A stretch of DNA of 63,666 nucleotides, counting the filler, from Octopus bimaculoides (Eukaryota), in the NCBI RefSeq assembly GCF_001194135.2. It is 6 parts of 6 records of this genome, joined end to end, with 100 filler letters (N's around TTAATTAATTAA, not from the genome) between each part and the next. Parts side by side here need not be neighbours in the genome. Positions count along the whole stretch, not along the records: positions 23,557 to 54,472 come from NC_068985.1; 5 more parts are not named here. The stretch is one strand, 5' to 3'. Position numbers and translations under genes: made by a program. Of this stretch, positions 25,245 through 38,908 are shown piece by piece (the stretch's first letter is position 1; each line of letters starts with the position of its first letter). Under the pieces are notes generated by a model. That model worked only from the letters and a program-made list of their open reading frames with translations. It was not told where the DNA came from and made no database searches.

Positions 25245-28200
25245 TATACATACATTTATATATATATATCCATCTGTTATATGCAACAGAAGAAATATTA
25301 GATTAAAACTGCCATCTATGTACTGTATTGAATGAAAATATATAATGAAAAGCAAAATTAACTGCAGCATTCGTCTTGAGATATCTCTGATAAATGTACT
25401 GTGTTAAATAATGCAAATATATCAATAGCCATCGAAAAATCATCCTGCAGCGGTGATAGACATACTAGATGCGCATTTCTGCCCTTTGGGGGATATCAGT
25501 AGCATGTGCCGTCTGGCAACCGCATGCTTAGAGGAAATCCGTCGTCACTGATATACGAATACAGCGTCTGAAAAGTCACTGAAAAGTTTTAACCACACAA
25601 CTTCTCCTACGATTACAATATTACTCAGTCGTGAGATGCAAGCACTCGTGATATGCTCTAGTGTAATTACAGCTGAAGCAAAAGGGTAACATCCTGGATA
25701 GTTTATTTACTCAATAATCTAAGATGTCATTGGCCTTTTGATTGTTTTGTCCCTTGGAAAGTTTGGAAATTTTTGTTTATTCTACCACAATAGAATGAAC
25801 TCATACTGTGCCTGTTGGTCTTTCGACTACGAAAGACCAGTAGATACAGTATGGAACAATGGAGCGTGACCTAGTAAAGGCATGTGGCCTACTGATTCAG
25901 GTGTTGCACTCTCGATCGGAAGAACATGGTTTCTGTTCCCATACTGGGTAGCGTGCTGAGTTCTTCAGCAAAATATTCATTTCACATTGATCCAGCCCAC
26001 TCAGATCTAAAATTAGCTTTCAACTTTGATATTAAACTTAAGTTGGAATATCGTTGCTGTCAAATGTTCTAAGAAATTTAGCTAGTACTTAAGAGGAAGA
26101 TAAGCTGTTAAGTTCATAGTTGTTTTTTAAGTTCATTTACTGCATGGACAAGAAACGAACGATAGAAGATAAGCTCCCATTATCGTGTAGGAAAACAAAT
26201 TGGAATATAAATTATAACTGTTTCATTTTACTTCATGCACAAATTTCACACAATCTCATTTAATCTTTCCCCCTCTCACTTTCTCTTTCTCTCTCTTTCT
26301 AACAAATCTTAACATTTCTACTTAACATTAGGTCTAGATTTTAAAAAAAGGCAATGTTTGATTTTAAAGATGAATACGGAAGAATAGTGGAAAGATTAAC
26401 GGAGACAAGAACTACGTCTTCATTCACTTAAGCTGTTTTATTAATGCTGATTGTCTCTTGACACAAAAATATCAATAGTACAACTTGCTCTTTATTTGCC
26501 ATTAGACATCGTAATTCTTATGCCTAATTTTGATGCCTAATCCTGATGCCCAAGCCTGATATTTAATCCTGAAGCGTAATCCTGATGCCTGCATACGCAG
26601 TCAAACCGTCTAGCTTACGAATATGCTTTTAGCATATTGTTTAGAGATAAAACTGCTAATCCTTAATTTATGATACATGGTGTGAACCGACATCTAATTT
26701 ATGACCAGTCAGATAATAGCAATTATTTGTCCTCTCTTTTTGAACCGTAGTTTTCCTATATTTGTGACATCGGATTTTGACTTAGCATTCGGTTGCCAGT
26801 AGGTACAGACAAAGCCCAAAGGGGCAGAGATTCACATCTAGCCTTTTCGCCACCGCTACTGGAGAATTTTAGTCTACTGCTGATATATTTGTTATTCAAC
26901 ACAGTATATCCATTAGAAATATTTCCGGTCGAATATCGCACTTAATTTAGCTTTACTTAATGTGTTTGCGTTAAGTATGATACACAGGCAGCTAGTTTTA
27001 TTTAATGATGCTTCTGTTGCGCATAACGGATTTATAGCACTAATTTAACATTTTAAATTTTAATCGATACAATCGATATAATAACATATTACTGAGTGAC
27101 CTTTGTAATAACTAGAATTACTTTCTCCAAAACGATGCAAATCCTTAAATGTTTGTTAATTTCCTTCATGTTCTGTATTTTGAGCATGAGCCTGTCTATT
27201 GACCGAAGTATTGCTTTGTCTTTACCAGAGACAGTGAGAAGGGTATAATGAGTTGTATCGGCTTTAGTTCGTTACTGGTACTTATTGAACCAGCAAGACT
27301 GATACAGAAAGTTAGTTCTTGTGTGATTCGATCTCTCAGTGATCAAATACTAAAGTAGTTCTTAGATATTATCCACTCTCATGCGGTTAATCTCTTCGTT
27401 ATCCTCACTATTTTTTTATTGCTTAAACGCTTCTGACGGTCATAAAATCTTTTAAATAATGTTGTCAGCTCTTGGTTCATTTAATTAATAAAATCTCAAA
27501 CGAAAAACAGTGTTTTATTAGCTTTTATTGTTTTACTTCATGGCATGTGTATTGTAATCAATCTTCTGGCTGATTAATCCTAGATGGCTGAACCACGTGA
27601 TATTTTTTCTCCAAAACCAGCTTCTATTTTGGTTAGTGATACGATTCAGTACACGAATGTGGCGTTTCTTCCGAAAAGTTGAAAACAGATTTTAAAAGTT
27701 AAGTGCACTCTATGACTTTCAAGTTTGCCGAATTATAAATACATCTACATATANNNNNNNNNNNNNNNNNNNNNNNNNNNNNNNNNNNNNNNNNNNNNNN
27801 NNNNNNNNNNNNNNNNNNNNNNNNNNNNNNNNNNNNNNNNNNNNNNNNNNNNNNNNNNNNNNNNNNNNNNNNNNNNNNNNNNNNNNNNNNNNNNNNNNNN
27901 NNNNNNNNNNNNNNNNNNNNNNNNNNNNNNNNNNNNNNNNNNNNNNNNNNNNNNNNNNNNNNNNNNNNNNNNNNNNNNNNNNNNNNNNNNNNNNNNNNNN
28001 NNNNNNNNNNNNNNNNNNNNNNNNNNNNNNNNNNNNNNNNNNNNNNNNNNNNNNNNNNNNNNNNNNNNNNNNNNNNNNNNNNNNNNNNNNNNNNNNNNNN
28101 NNNNNNNNNNNNNNNNNNNNNNNNNNNNNNNNNNNNNNNNNNTATATATATATAATTTAACAAAAACACAGCAAACGGAAATATAAAAACATAACAAACA

Positions 28201-28781
28201 GAAAATTCGTAGCTTATTCCTCATCAGGCAATGTCTAAAATATCATTACACTTTCGTGCCTTTAACGTTGATATTGTTCGCTCTTGGTGGCGCCAGTGGC
28301 AAAAAGCCACTGAGAATAACTAACGAATGTATGGGAGATTGACGAAAATAAGCACGACAAAATAAAACCTACATATACAACAAAAAGCCGTGCGGCCGCA
28401 ATATATGGAATAACGCAAAGGAAACTGGAATTGTCCCGCAGGACTGGAGACTAGAGAAAGACAGATAGAAAGTCAGAACGAAGGAAGAAGTAAAGTATTA
28501 AGGAGGGAAATAGAGAAAAAGAGAATGAGAGGAAAGCAAAAGAGAGGCAAAGAAAGAGATAGAAATAGATGTCGCACAAAAAACATTCAAAGAATATTTT
28601 ACAAATTTGTAAAAAAAAAAAAATCAGGACTGCGTAGCGTTACATAAATATATTTTTAAAATTTAACAAAGTCACAACANNNNNNNNNNNNNNNNNNNNN
28701 NNNNNNNNNNNNNNNNNNNNNNNNNNNNNNNNNNNNNNNNNNNNNNNNNNNNNNNNNNNNNNNNNNNNNNNNNNNNNNNNN

Positions 28782-28845
<64 letters not shown>

Positions 28846-29419
28846 TATATGTATATATATACACGCATATACATGTATATGTAGCCTATGTGGTGAATGG
28901 ATAAACAAGGTAAATGTATTCCCCCGTAGATTGAAAAAAAAATGATGAACAGCCCTATTCGATCTCCAAACCTCAGAGGGTTCTAATCAGAGGTGTCTAC
29001 ATAAATTTGACCAACTCTAGAAAAACAAGCAGCCAATCTGTATATTTTCGCAACAAAAATCCTGTAGCTACAAAGAACTGGAGCTACTAATTTGCATACC
29101 ACACGGATTAAATACTTTATTTATTCTCTCTGTGTGTGCGTGCGTGCGTGTGTGTGTGTGTGTATACGACTTGCTATCACCCAGTTTCCGTATGGGCAGC
29201 CCGAGGCTATAGTAGAATATATAAATGCCGTGCAATGGGACTGAACTCATAATCACGTGGTTGCAAAGCGAGCTTCTTAACCATACAGCCATGCTTTCAT
29301 TCCATAAATATTACTGAACGACTTTTCTCATTATTATTACCTAGTAAACTTTATTTCAACTGTTGTCGGAGGATGAAAGACATTATTTTCTATTTTAATT
29401 CCATCCACATCGATGATGC

Positions 29420-30541
29420 CTTATAGGAACACATAAATCCATCCCAAAACCTGCTAGGATTGGTATTTCATTGATCTCGAAAAGATAAAAGGCAGGGATG
29501 ACCTTCTCAGCGTTATTTGAACTCAAAGTGTAAACGCGATAACAGCAGTTAATTATACTTCGTTTCAGATCCTTTTAGTGTCAAACAGGATATGACTAAA
29601 CACAGGAACAACTCGACGCTTATCTGCTGCATTAACAAACATTTAGAGTTGTTGACCGGTTAAAATAAAGATAAAACTAAATAGCTTCTGTAGCAGTCAT
29701 GCTTTCTTTATGATATCTAACCCCTCGTCAATAAGGTGAATTTTTAACCAAGAAACTAAGCTGAATAACGGTTTTAAACGTTTTTAAATTTGCGGGGTTC
29801 AAGACCAGTAACTTTTAGTGATTCCAGTGCTTGACTTGCACGTTTATTTAATAGACCCCAAAAAATTTAACCTCGGTGGAACTTAAACTCTGAACTTTAA
29901 GAGCCAGAATACCGCTAAGCATCTTTTTTATCATTCTAACGGTGCAGATAAATTGCCGCTTTAATAATAATAACCCTTCCAACTATAGGTACAAAGCTTG
30001 AACTTTTTAGGGGGGACTCTTTGACTACAGAAAGCAAATCCAGAAGAAATGCCGCTAAGCAGTTTGTCCGGTGTGCAACGATTCTGCCAGCTCGCCACCT
30101 TCACCTTCATAATAATAATTATTATTTCAAATTTTTGCCACAAGGGCAGCTTGGGGGATGGTGGGGATGAGTGGATAGCATTGATCCCAGTGTTCAACAG
30201 GCACTTATTTTATCGACTGCGAAAGGAAGATACGCAAAGTCAACCTCGGCGGAATTTGAACTCAGAAAGTAGCAACGGGCGAAATACCGGTAAGCATTTC
30301 GTCAAGCGCGGTAACAATTCTGCCAGCTCACCGCCTTTCTGCTGGAAGCACAAAGCCTCACATTAGGAAGACGGGATAAACTTGATTACATCTACCCCAG
30401 CGTTCAACTGGTACTTATTTTATCGACCCCGAAAGGATGAAAGGCAAAGTCGATCTCGGCGGAATTTGAACTCAGGCAGGGAAATACCGCTAAGCATTCC
30501 GTGCAGCGTGCTAGCAATTCTGCCAGCTTGTCGCCTTAATG

Positions 30542-30613
<72 letters not shown>

Positions 30614-31400
30614 TACAGAGACTATGGAAAGTGCGAGAAAAATGTACCCCTATATTGGTGCATTAGGAATAATCCCTAAAGATTTCACCAGATTGAGAGG
30701 AAATAGGCATAAAACCTAGTTTAGTACATCTCCAGAAAACAGCGTTATTAGGTACAGCTAGAATACTCAGAAGGGCTCTTGGCATCTAAGATTACTTGTA
30801 GCCGATGTTAGAAATTCTTCTTTTCTAGCAGTCTAATCTGTTGTGCGTATATGGAAATAATAATAATAACCATCTCTAATATTATAGGTACAAGGCCTGA
30901 AATTTTGAGAGAGGAAGCAAGCCGATTACATCGACTCCAGTGCTCAGCTAGTATTTTACATTACTGACCCCGAAAGGATGATAGGTAATGCTGACTTTGG
31001 CGGAATTTGAACTCCGAAAATAAAGAGCTGGAAAAAATACTGTTGAACATTTGCTTGACATTCTAATGTTTTTACGAGCTTGCTGCTTTGGAACGGCAAA
31101 ATAAGCTGAATAAGAAACTCATTTTTTCAGAAGTTTATCGCTTTTCTTTTTTCTTTCCGCCATACTTGATACTATTGATTAATGATTGCTGATTTCATGA
31201 GTCCAGTGAGTATTAATTAGGCTGAACTAAAATCAGTGAATTGGCAGATTAGTCAGAGCGGTATTTCTTCCGATCCTTTACGCTGTTTACTTTTCATCCT
31301 TTTGAGGTCGATAAAGTAAAATACCAATGAAACACAGGGATCGATTTACTCAACTACCAAGCTCCACACTCAGAAAAATGAATTGTGGCCTTACCTGTCA
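29420..31400. mobile_element. Cluster of about seven SINE family B copies
   Basis: Repeated block GGTGAGCTGGCAGAA..CTTAGCGGTATTTC..GAGTTCAAATTCCGCCGAGGT..TTTCATCCTTTCGGGGTCGATAAAATAAGTACCAG, mostly on the minus strand. Other copies lie at 45263-45460, 51266-51470 and 55740-55950. Confidence 0.85.
30611..30870 (+). mobile_element. R4/Dong-like LINE, short 3' end inside (AAT)n
   Basis: IGALG..LQKTALLGTARILRRALGI* with a 3' UTR similar to 11960-12225. (AAT)n lies on both sides. Confidence 0.88.
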
Positions 31401-32352
31401 GAGAAAGAATTAATTAAACTGGAAAATAAATGGATATTATAACAGTCTCTGGCAGAAATGAACACAGAAATAGATGTCCAAAACACAGGCACCAAAATCA
31501 AACTATTCGGGCACTCTACTACTTACTCAAGTTCCTTGGTAGTCATGATTTTATAATATATTCACATAGGATTTTGTTTATGATAAACTAGGCTTTGGTA
31601 AATACATTAAATAGCGAAGTAAACTATTTAAATACTATTTTTCATGTTAGTTTGAACATTTAAGCGATACATGTGTGTGTGAGTCGGTGTGTGTGTGTGT
31701 GCGCGCGCGTGTGTGGCGAGAAAGAGAGATTGTGTAGAAGAGATAAAGATTGTTTATATGAGGTACAATAAGGGATTTGGTGTGTGTTTGCTACTGACAA
31801 GAAGGACAATTGATTTATGACCGACAAGGTTTAGCGAAATTAAGTTCGATTTATCTATGACGAACAACATAGGTGATGGTAACGACAGAACTTATAATCA
31901 ATCGTTTCAGACATTTGGTATGTATATGTGCATGTGTGTATGCGAGTGTATGTCTCTAAATATATAATTACAGATATACACACACTCATACGCACACACA
32001 CATATATATATATGCGTATGTGTGTGAGTGTGTGTGCGTGCGTGCGTGTGTGTGTGTGTGTGTGTGTATGTGTTCCACTTTCGTTTCTCCGTAAATATAT
32101 ATATATATGCAGTGTGTGTATGCATATGCATGTGGTGTGTATGCGTGTGCATGCTAGAGTGTTACCCGTCACGTGTCGGGTAACTTTGGAAATATATGTT
32201 TGCCTCCATGGGTAATGTTAAGGAATATAAGGAAATAAATGCTAATTATCAAAAGAAAAATGTTATCACCTTAAAATTCAATGCAACAAATTTCTTCGTT
32301 ATATACTTGCAAAATATGTATGTAGATATGCGTACGCATGTATACAAGTATG

Positions 32353-32420
<68 letters not shown>

Positions 32421-32619
32421 CATACATACATAAATACATACATACATACATACATACATACATACATACATACATACATACATACATACATACGTGTGTG
32501 TGTATGTGTATGTGTCTGTGTGCGTTTGTGTATTTGTGTGTGTGTGCATGTATCAATATTTAGCAGAAGTATCAGACGAACTTAGACGAACGTTTCGCAC
32601 ATTAACACTTCTCAACGCA

Positions 32620-33600
32620 CGAATCTCTCGACTGAAAAGTTTATAGGCTAACCAAGATACTCTGATAGAATATAATCAAATTAAGTTTATTTTTCAATAT
32701 AGTCCCTCTTGCAGTCGACACACTTCTTCTAATGGTGTTGCAGTGCTTGTATCCAATTGGTGAAGAAGCATTCCACTTGTTGCTCAAAAAAGTCATCAAC
32801 AGCAGATGTGACGTCAGTATCATTACGACACTGGTTCTGACTTAAGTGTTTTGTGTGGCCCTTTTGAAGACAGTAAACACAATGCCTTTTACATCCCAAA
32901 ACAGTGAGGCTTTCACCTTCCTGCAGGTGAGGAGTGGTGTTTCCACTGCATGGATTGTTTCTTTGTTTCTGGCTCAATATGATCAGCCCAACACTCACAC
33001 TGTGCGAGGAAACGTTCGAGGAAACGTTCGAGGAAACCAGCTGGATTTGCCTCAAACAATGTCAGATTTCCCCGTGATGTGATCAGGCTGGAGCGCTTTT
33101 GAACAGGTGTCTGAAGACTTGGCACCCACCCAGCAGAAACCTTCGTCATGCTATGTTCCTTATGCAGAATATTCTCAACTCCCTCACAGGTTATACTAAT
33201 AACATTGTCTAGTTGATTTATAGTCAATTGCCTGTCATCCGTCAGCATGCAGTGAACACGATCACCGTTTTCTTCCGAGGTGGTAGTTGCAGGCGGTCCA
33301 GAGCTGGGATAATCTTCAAAACACTCTTTTTCCCTCCTAAATTCAGTTGCCCACTTTTGTGCTGTTGATAAAGCTGGAGAGTCATCCCCTAATATAGCAA
33401 CCATGTCAGTATAAATGTCCTTGGTGGTAGGTAAGCCTTTTTTTCTACAGGTACTTAATAACACCACGATGCCAAATTTTGTCTATATTCAAGAGATATC
33501 GCTACGAGTTAATTTTGATGTCTTCTTTGAACATTCAGATGTCAGTTTTCCTGAATAAAAAAAACAATGCAGTTATTAATTTTAAAAAATGTGTTTGAAA
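32620..33600 (-). mobile_element. Mariner element, decayed
   Basis: DIYTDMVAILGDDSPALST..KW..EF..WVP..FLERF..EPETKKQSMQWKH. It contains a 12-bp tandem duplication (~33004-33035) that produces FLERFLERFL. Confidence 0.9.
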
Positions 33601-33981
33601 TTGATGCATGCAGGATTTCACAGCTCTACCATCACATCTCCATAGTCAGTCTCATATTCTGAGTGCTACTCTTTCTGTTAGCATCGCCAAAACTATGTAT
33701 ACATATGTCTATGCGTGTGTGTGNNNNNNNNNNNNNNNNNNNNNNNNNNNNNNNNNNNNNNNNNNNNNNNNNNNNNNGGGGGGGGGGTATGCGTATGTAT
33801 GTGACCGTGTGTAAGTGTGTGTGTGTGTGCTTATGTGTGCGTGTATTATATATATATATATATATTGACACACATTCATATATACATATATATATATATA
33901 TATATGTTTACACACACTCATACACACACACACACAAACATACACACACAAACATACACACACGCACAAACACACACATAG

Positions 33982-34121
33982 AGGCTTTGAGCAACGCGGA
34001 GTTGTCCAAAGTTATGAACATTTTTAGAAAGAAAGACCTTCAGTTCCTCAAAGTGAGCCCCGATTTATCGCAGCTGGCTTACCAGCAGGCTGCGAGAAAA
34101 GTGCTCGGGGAAAAAATTTAA
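33982..34121 (+). pseudogene. Orphan coding-like C-terminus (ALSNAELSKVMNIFRKKDLQFLKVSPDLSQLAYQQAARKVLGEKI*) followed by UTR-like sequence
   Basis: Complex, helical-looking open frame that begins abruptly after a (CA)n tract with no pyrimidine-rich acceptor. Family not recognised. Confidence 0.3.
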
Positions 34122-34416
34122 GAGGCTTAATAGACGTAATTATTATTTTTGATTATTGTTTCTTGAATTATGTACCTTCATTGCCATTGAACATTTAATT
34201 GAACCTTTTGGAACAGTGATTTCGAGGGGGTTTTGGTCGGCGGGCGCCAAATACACCTCTCATTTATATCATCCGTATTCTATCATCCTTCATTTCTTTA
34301 ATATGTCCATCCCGCTTTGCTTCTTGCACCTCTTTGTAAGGCCTTATGACCAATTTAAAGAAATAAAGAAGCTTGCTTCCGCTTCCAGTTGTGTCAGTGC
34401 TGTTCTTACACTGCAG

Positions 34417-34477
34417 AAGTCACCACGCTGGTGTACAGCTGGCGAAATATTGATTGAAAAAGAAGTTCAGCTGTAAG
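34417..34477 (+). other. Candidate exon (5' UTR, or coding if the 34473 donor is used)
   Basis: Acceptor tgttcttacactgcAG at 34416 and two tandem donors, GTAAGG (34473) and GTAAGA (34478). Confidence 0.3.
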
Positions 34478-36677
34478 GTAAGACTTTGGGTTTTGGGGTC
34501 CAGTGGGGTTTTTTTGTTTGCTGTATTATTTTTTTGTACAAACAAGAAATCCTCACTGGATTCTGGACTCTGGTCTGCCTACAGTTGGACAAAATTGTTC
34601 ACTTTTAAGTGAATTATTTTGGTAGGCGGATCCTCTGCCGCCACAAACTGTGGAATTTTTTTTTTTTTTTTTTTTTTTTTGCTGCTGTGAAAAAATTTTC
34701 TTTGTTGTGTATTTACCATTTAATGGTAAATTATTTTTTCTTCCTGCTACTGTATCCCCGACTCAACTGAAGTACCTATTTTAGAAACTACAAGGGCCAG
34801 GAGTACCGGTGGCCGGAATTTAATTTTTTGAAGAAGTCGTTGCAGTGATTTGAACTATCACAGTGCAAAGAACTGTCGTCGTGTTGAACTCTTTATTTTT
34901 TCATTTCTTCTTATCTTTTCTGTCTTTATGTTTTTTCTCTTGTCTTCTTTCTAACTGTTTTTTTTTATTTTGTTTTTAATTCTTTACTTTCATAATTTTT
35001 GTTGNNNNNNNNNNNNNNNNNNNNNNNNNNNNNNNNNNNNNNNNNNNNNNNNNNNNNNNNNNNNNNNNNNNNNNNNNNNNNNNNNNNNNNNNNNNNNNNN
35101 NNNNNNNNNNNNNNNNNNNNNNNNNNNNNNNNNNNNNNNNNNNNNNNNNNNNNNNNNNNNNNNNNNNNNNNNNNNNNNNNNNNNNNNNNNNNNNNNNNNN
35201 NNNNNNNNNNNNNNNNNNNNNNNNNNNNNNNNNNNNNNNNNNNNNNNNNNNNNNNNNNNNNNNNNNNNNNNNNNNNNNNNNNNNNNNNNNNNNNNNNNNN
35301 NNNNNNNNNNNNNNNNNNNNNNNNNNNNNNNNNNNNNNNNNNNNNNNNNNNNNNNNNNNNNNNNNNNNNNNNNNNNNNNNNNNNNNNNNNNNNNNNNNNN
35401 NNNNNNNNNNNNNNNNNNNNNNNNNNNNNNNNNNNNNNNNNNNNNNNNNNNNNNNNNNNNNNNNNNNNNNNNNNNNNNNNNNNNNNNNNNNNNNNNNNNN
35501 NNNNNNNNNNNNNNNNNNNNNNNNNNNNNNNNNNNNNNNNNNNNNNNNNNNNNNNNNNNNNNNNNNNNNNNNNNNNNNNNNNNNNNNNNNNNNNNNNNNN
35601 NNNNNNNNNNNNNNNNNNNNNNNNNNNNNNNNNNNNNNNNNNNNNNNNNNNNNNNNNNNNNNNNNNNNNNNNNNNNNNNNNNNNNNNNNNNNNNNNNNNN
35701 NNNNNNNNNNNNNNNNNNNNNNNNNNNNNNNNNNNNNNNNNNNNNNNNNNNNNNNNNNNNNNNNNNNNNNNNNNNNNNNNNNNNNNNNNNNNNNNNNNNN
35801 NNNNNNNNNNNNNTGTCTATCTGCCTGTCTGTGCGTGTGTGTGTTTTCCCCCCACTGTCGCTCGACAACCGAAGCTGGTGTTTTCATGTCCCCCGTAACT
35901 TAGCGGTTCGGCAAAAGAGAGCGATAGAATAAGTACTAGCCTTACAAAGAATAAGTCCTGGAGTCGATTTGTTTTAAATCTTCGGTACTGTTACCGTATT
36001 TCTCTCGCTCAGAGATTTTAAATATTTTGTTTTTTTCTCGATACAAGATCTGCGACTGTGTGTCGCTTAAAGAATATATAGTATTTGCGAGATAGCTTTC
36101 GTCACTAGCTGGTGGTTGTCTCACACTGAGGACAGATAACATCCAGAAACCTAGGTCTGTGAGTATCACGTAAGGTTAGAGATGGTAGCGATGACCTCCC
36201 TTACAAATGCTATATGCGAACATACACTTTGTCGAAAGCCAGCTGGAAAAAATGTTTTCTTGGGAATAAAACAACAGTAACATCGTCCTTTATAGAACTA
36301 CCACGTTATGTTGGCACATAAACATTACTGTATATATGAGGAGACCCTGTTCGATCATGAATGACCATGGGATTGCACCTGGAAAGTCACCCTCCGAGGC
36401 ACAAGTCCGGGCAAGGTTTTTTATGGAAGGCTAGCAGTCGCCCATGCATACCAGCATCCCCATCCACACCACTGATGTTATCGAAGGGAAAGGCAAAGGC
36501 CGATACAGCTTGGCACCAGTGATGTCGCAACTCATTTCGACAGCTGAGTAAACTGGAGCAACGTGAAATAAAGTGTCTTGCTCAATAACACAACACGCAG
36601 CCCGGTCCGGGAATGGAAGTCGCAACCTCACGATCGTAAGCTCGACGCTCTAACCACTGAGCCATGTGCCTTCACTA

Positions 36678-36711
<34 letters not shown>

Positions 36712-37935
36712 ATANNNNNNNNNNNNNNNNNNNNNNNNNNNNNNNNNNNNNNNNNNNNNNNNNNNNNNNNNNNNNNNNNNNNNNNNNNNNNNNNNNNNNN
36801 NNNNNNNNNNNNNNNNNNNNNNNNNNNNNNNNNNNNNNNNNNNNNNNNNNNNNNNNNNNNNNNNNNNNNNNNNNNNNNNNNNNNNNNNNNNNNNNNNNNN
36901 NNNNNNNNNNNNNNNNNNNNNNNNNNNNNNNNNNNNNNNNNNNNNNNNNNNNNNNNNNNNNNNNNNNNNNNNNNNNNNNNNNNNNNNNNNNNNNNNNNAT
37001 ATATACGCGCGAGCACACTCGCGCGCGCGCACACACACAGACACACACACACACACATTCATGCAATAAGTAGAAATTCGGGATGGTATTTCTGCGAAAA
37101 TCAAATAAATTTTTTAAGTTAAAATATAAATCGAAGAGAAACAAACTAGTCTACCTATAACAGTAGAGACGTTTTAACGTAGTACAGACATAATGACATT
37201 AATCCTCCCTAATATAATTACTTAGATAAGTAGCGAGGCAACTTCATTACAGCCCTCAGTAGATACCAATCATTAACATCTCTGCTCTATAAAATGGTCT
37301 GATACGGATAACTTATTATCCGCCCATTTCGTTTTATCTTCCATCGCCTCTACTTTTATGCGATCTGTTTTTTCCCTCTATTTGTGTTTCATTTTATCGT
37401 ATTAAGTTTCAATTCTCTTAAACTTAAGCCTCGAGATCAGATGAAATTTTTAATTGTTAAACTTGGAGGTTATTTAATCTTCAGATTTTTATCATAACAT
37501 TTTTAGGATAGTCACTGTATTCTGTATCCTTATAAAACTATGTTTTATATAAGAAAAAATTTTCTAACATTTCATTGTTGCTGGGAGGTTAACTTCTAAT
37601 CACACTACGAAGTCACAGTCAATAACATTATCCATAATATCTGATTCCACACTTTACAGTTCTTACGCTTATAAAAATGTTAACACTATGAACCACACAC
37701 ACTCACACACATATACATGCATGTGTGTATGTATATGTATGTATGTACACACATACATACCCACACACTGACACTCACATACACACACATACCTATTAGT
37801 GACATGAGCAGTAAAAATACCAAAAGACAATCTTTATATGCAACTTGACGTGGATGTTTGGTGAGAACGCTGAATGCCTGATTGAGATGACCTCAAAAGG
37901 CAAATATAACAGTATTCAGCATTCCCACATATATA

Positions 37936-38851
37936 TCAATATATATATAAAACTAAGAATGTGTGTCTGCCTGTATGTCTGATCTGCCTATCTGTATGTG
38001 TGTCTGTATGTGTGCATCACTAAAACACGAGAACTACCCAAACGATTTTATTCAAATTTTACACATGCCTTACGTAGAGTATATGCAGTGCCCTGGACCA
38101 AAATAATTTTCAACGTCTTGCATAATGCGAGTCCTGAGCAATCTCTAACCTCTTACACTATTTCAGTATTACGTGCCAAACGCGAAACAATAACACCTCT
38201 ATTGAAATGTGAGATAATACTTTCAGTTTTAATACTTTCATGATTATATACTTTCACTATTAATACTGAAACTATTAAAAGTGAAACTATTATCTCACGT
38301 ACAAATATACATGCATACACACACACATATATATATAGGTACAGATATATATATACATGTAAATATATATATATATATATATACATGTGATTGACCGTTG
38401 ACTGAACACTATTCAATTTTTTTTCTCCGTGTTTTTCTCCTTGTCTCCGTATTCTTTCTGTTGAAGAGCGTAGCTCGAAACGTCAAAGACTTTCCGTATT
38501 CCCGAGCGGCATACTAATATATACTTTTGTTATTTACACCACCTGTCCTCGTCTGTTGTTATTATTTGTATATTCTCCCATGTATATATATATATATTTA
38601 TATATATGTATATATAAATTNNNNNNNNNNNNNNNNNNNNNNNNNNNNNNNNNNNNNNNNNNNNNNNNNNNNNNNNNNNNNNNNNNNNNNNNNNNNNNNN
38701 NNNNNNNNNNNNNNNNNNNNNNNNNNNNNNNNNNNNNNNNNNNNNNNNNNNNNNNNNNNNNNNNNNNNNNNNNNNNNNNNNNNNNNNNNNNNNNNNNNNN
38801 NNNNNNNNNNNNNNNNNNNNNNNNNNNNNNNNNNNNNNNNNNNNNNNNNNN

Positions 38852-38908
<57 letters not shown>

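Noticed and set aside
26520-26590. Short TAATCCTGATGCC-like repeats as a CRISPR array
   Set aside because: They are degenerate ~12-bp tandem units without spacers, in a eukaryotic context with no cas genes.
28201-28235. CTGATGA on the minus strand followed by GAAT
   Set aside because: There is no convincing stem II or stem I pairing and no GAAA.
32575-32620. GAAACGTT preceded by TTGAGA on the minus strand
   Set aside because: The core is incomplete and stem II is poor; it overlaps a mariner end.
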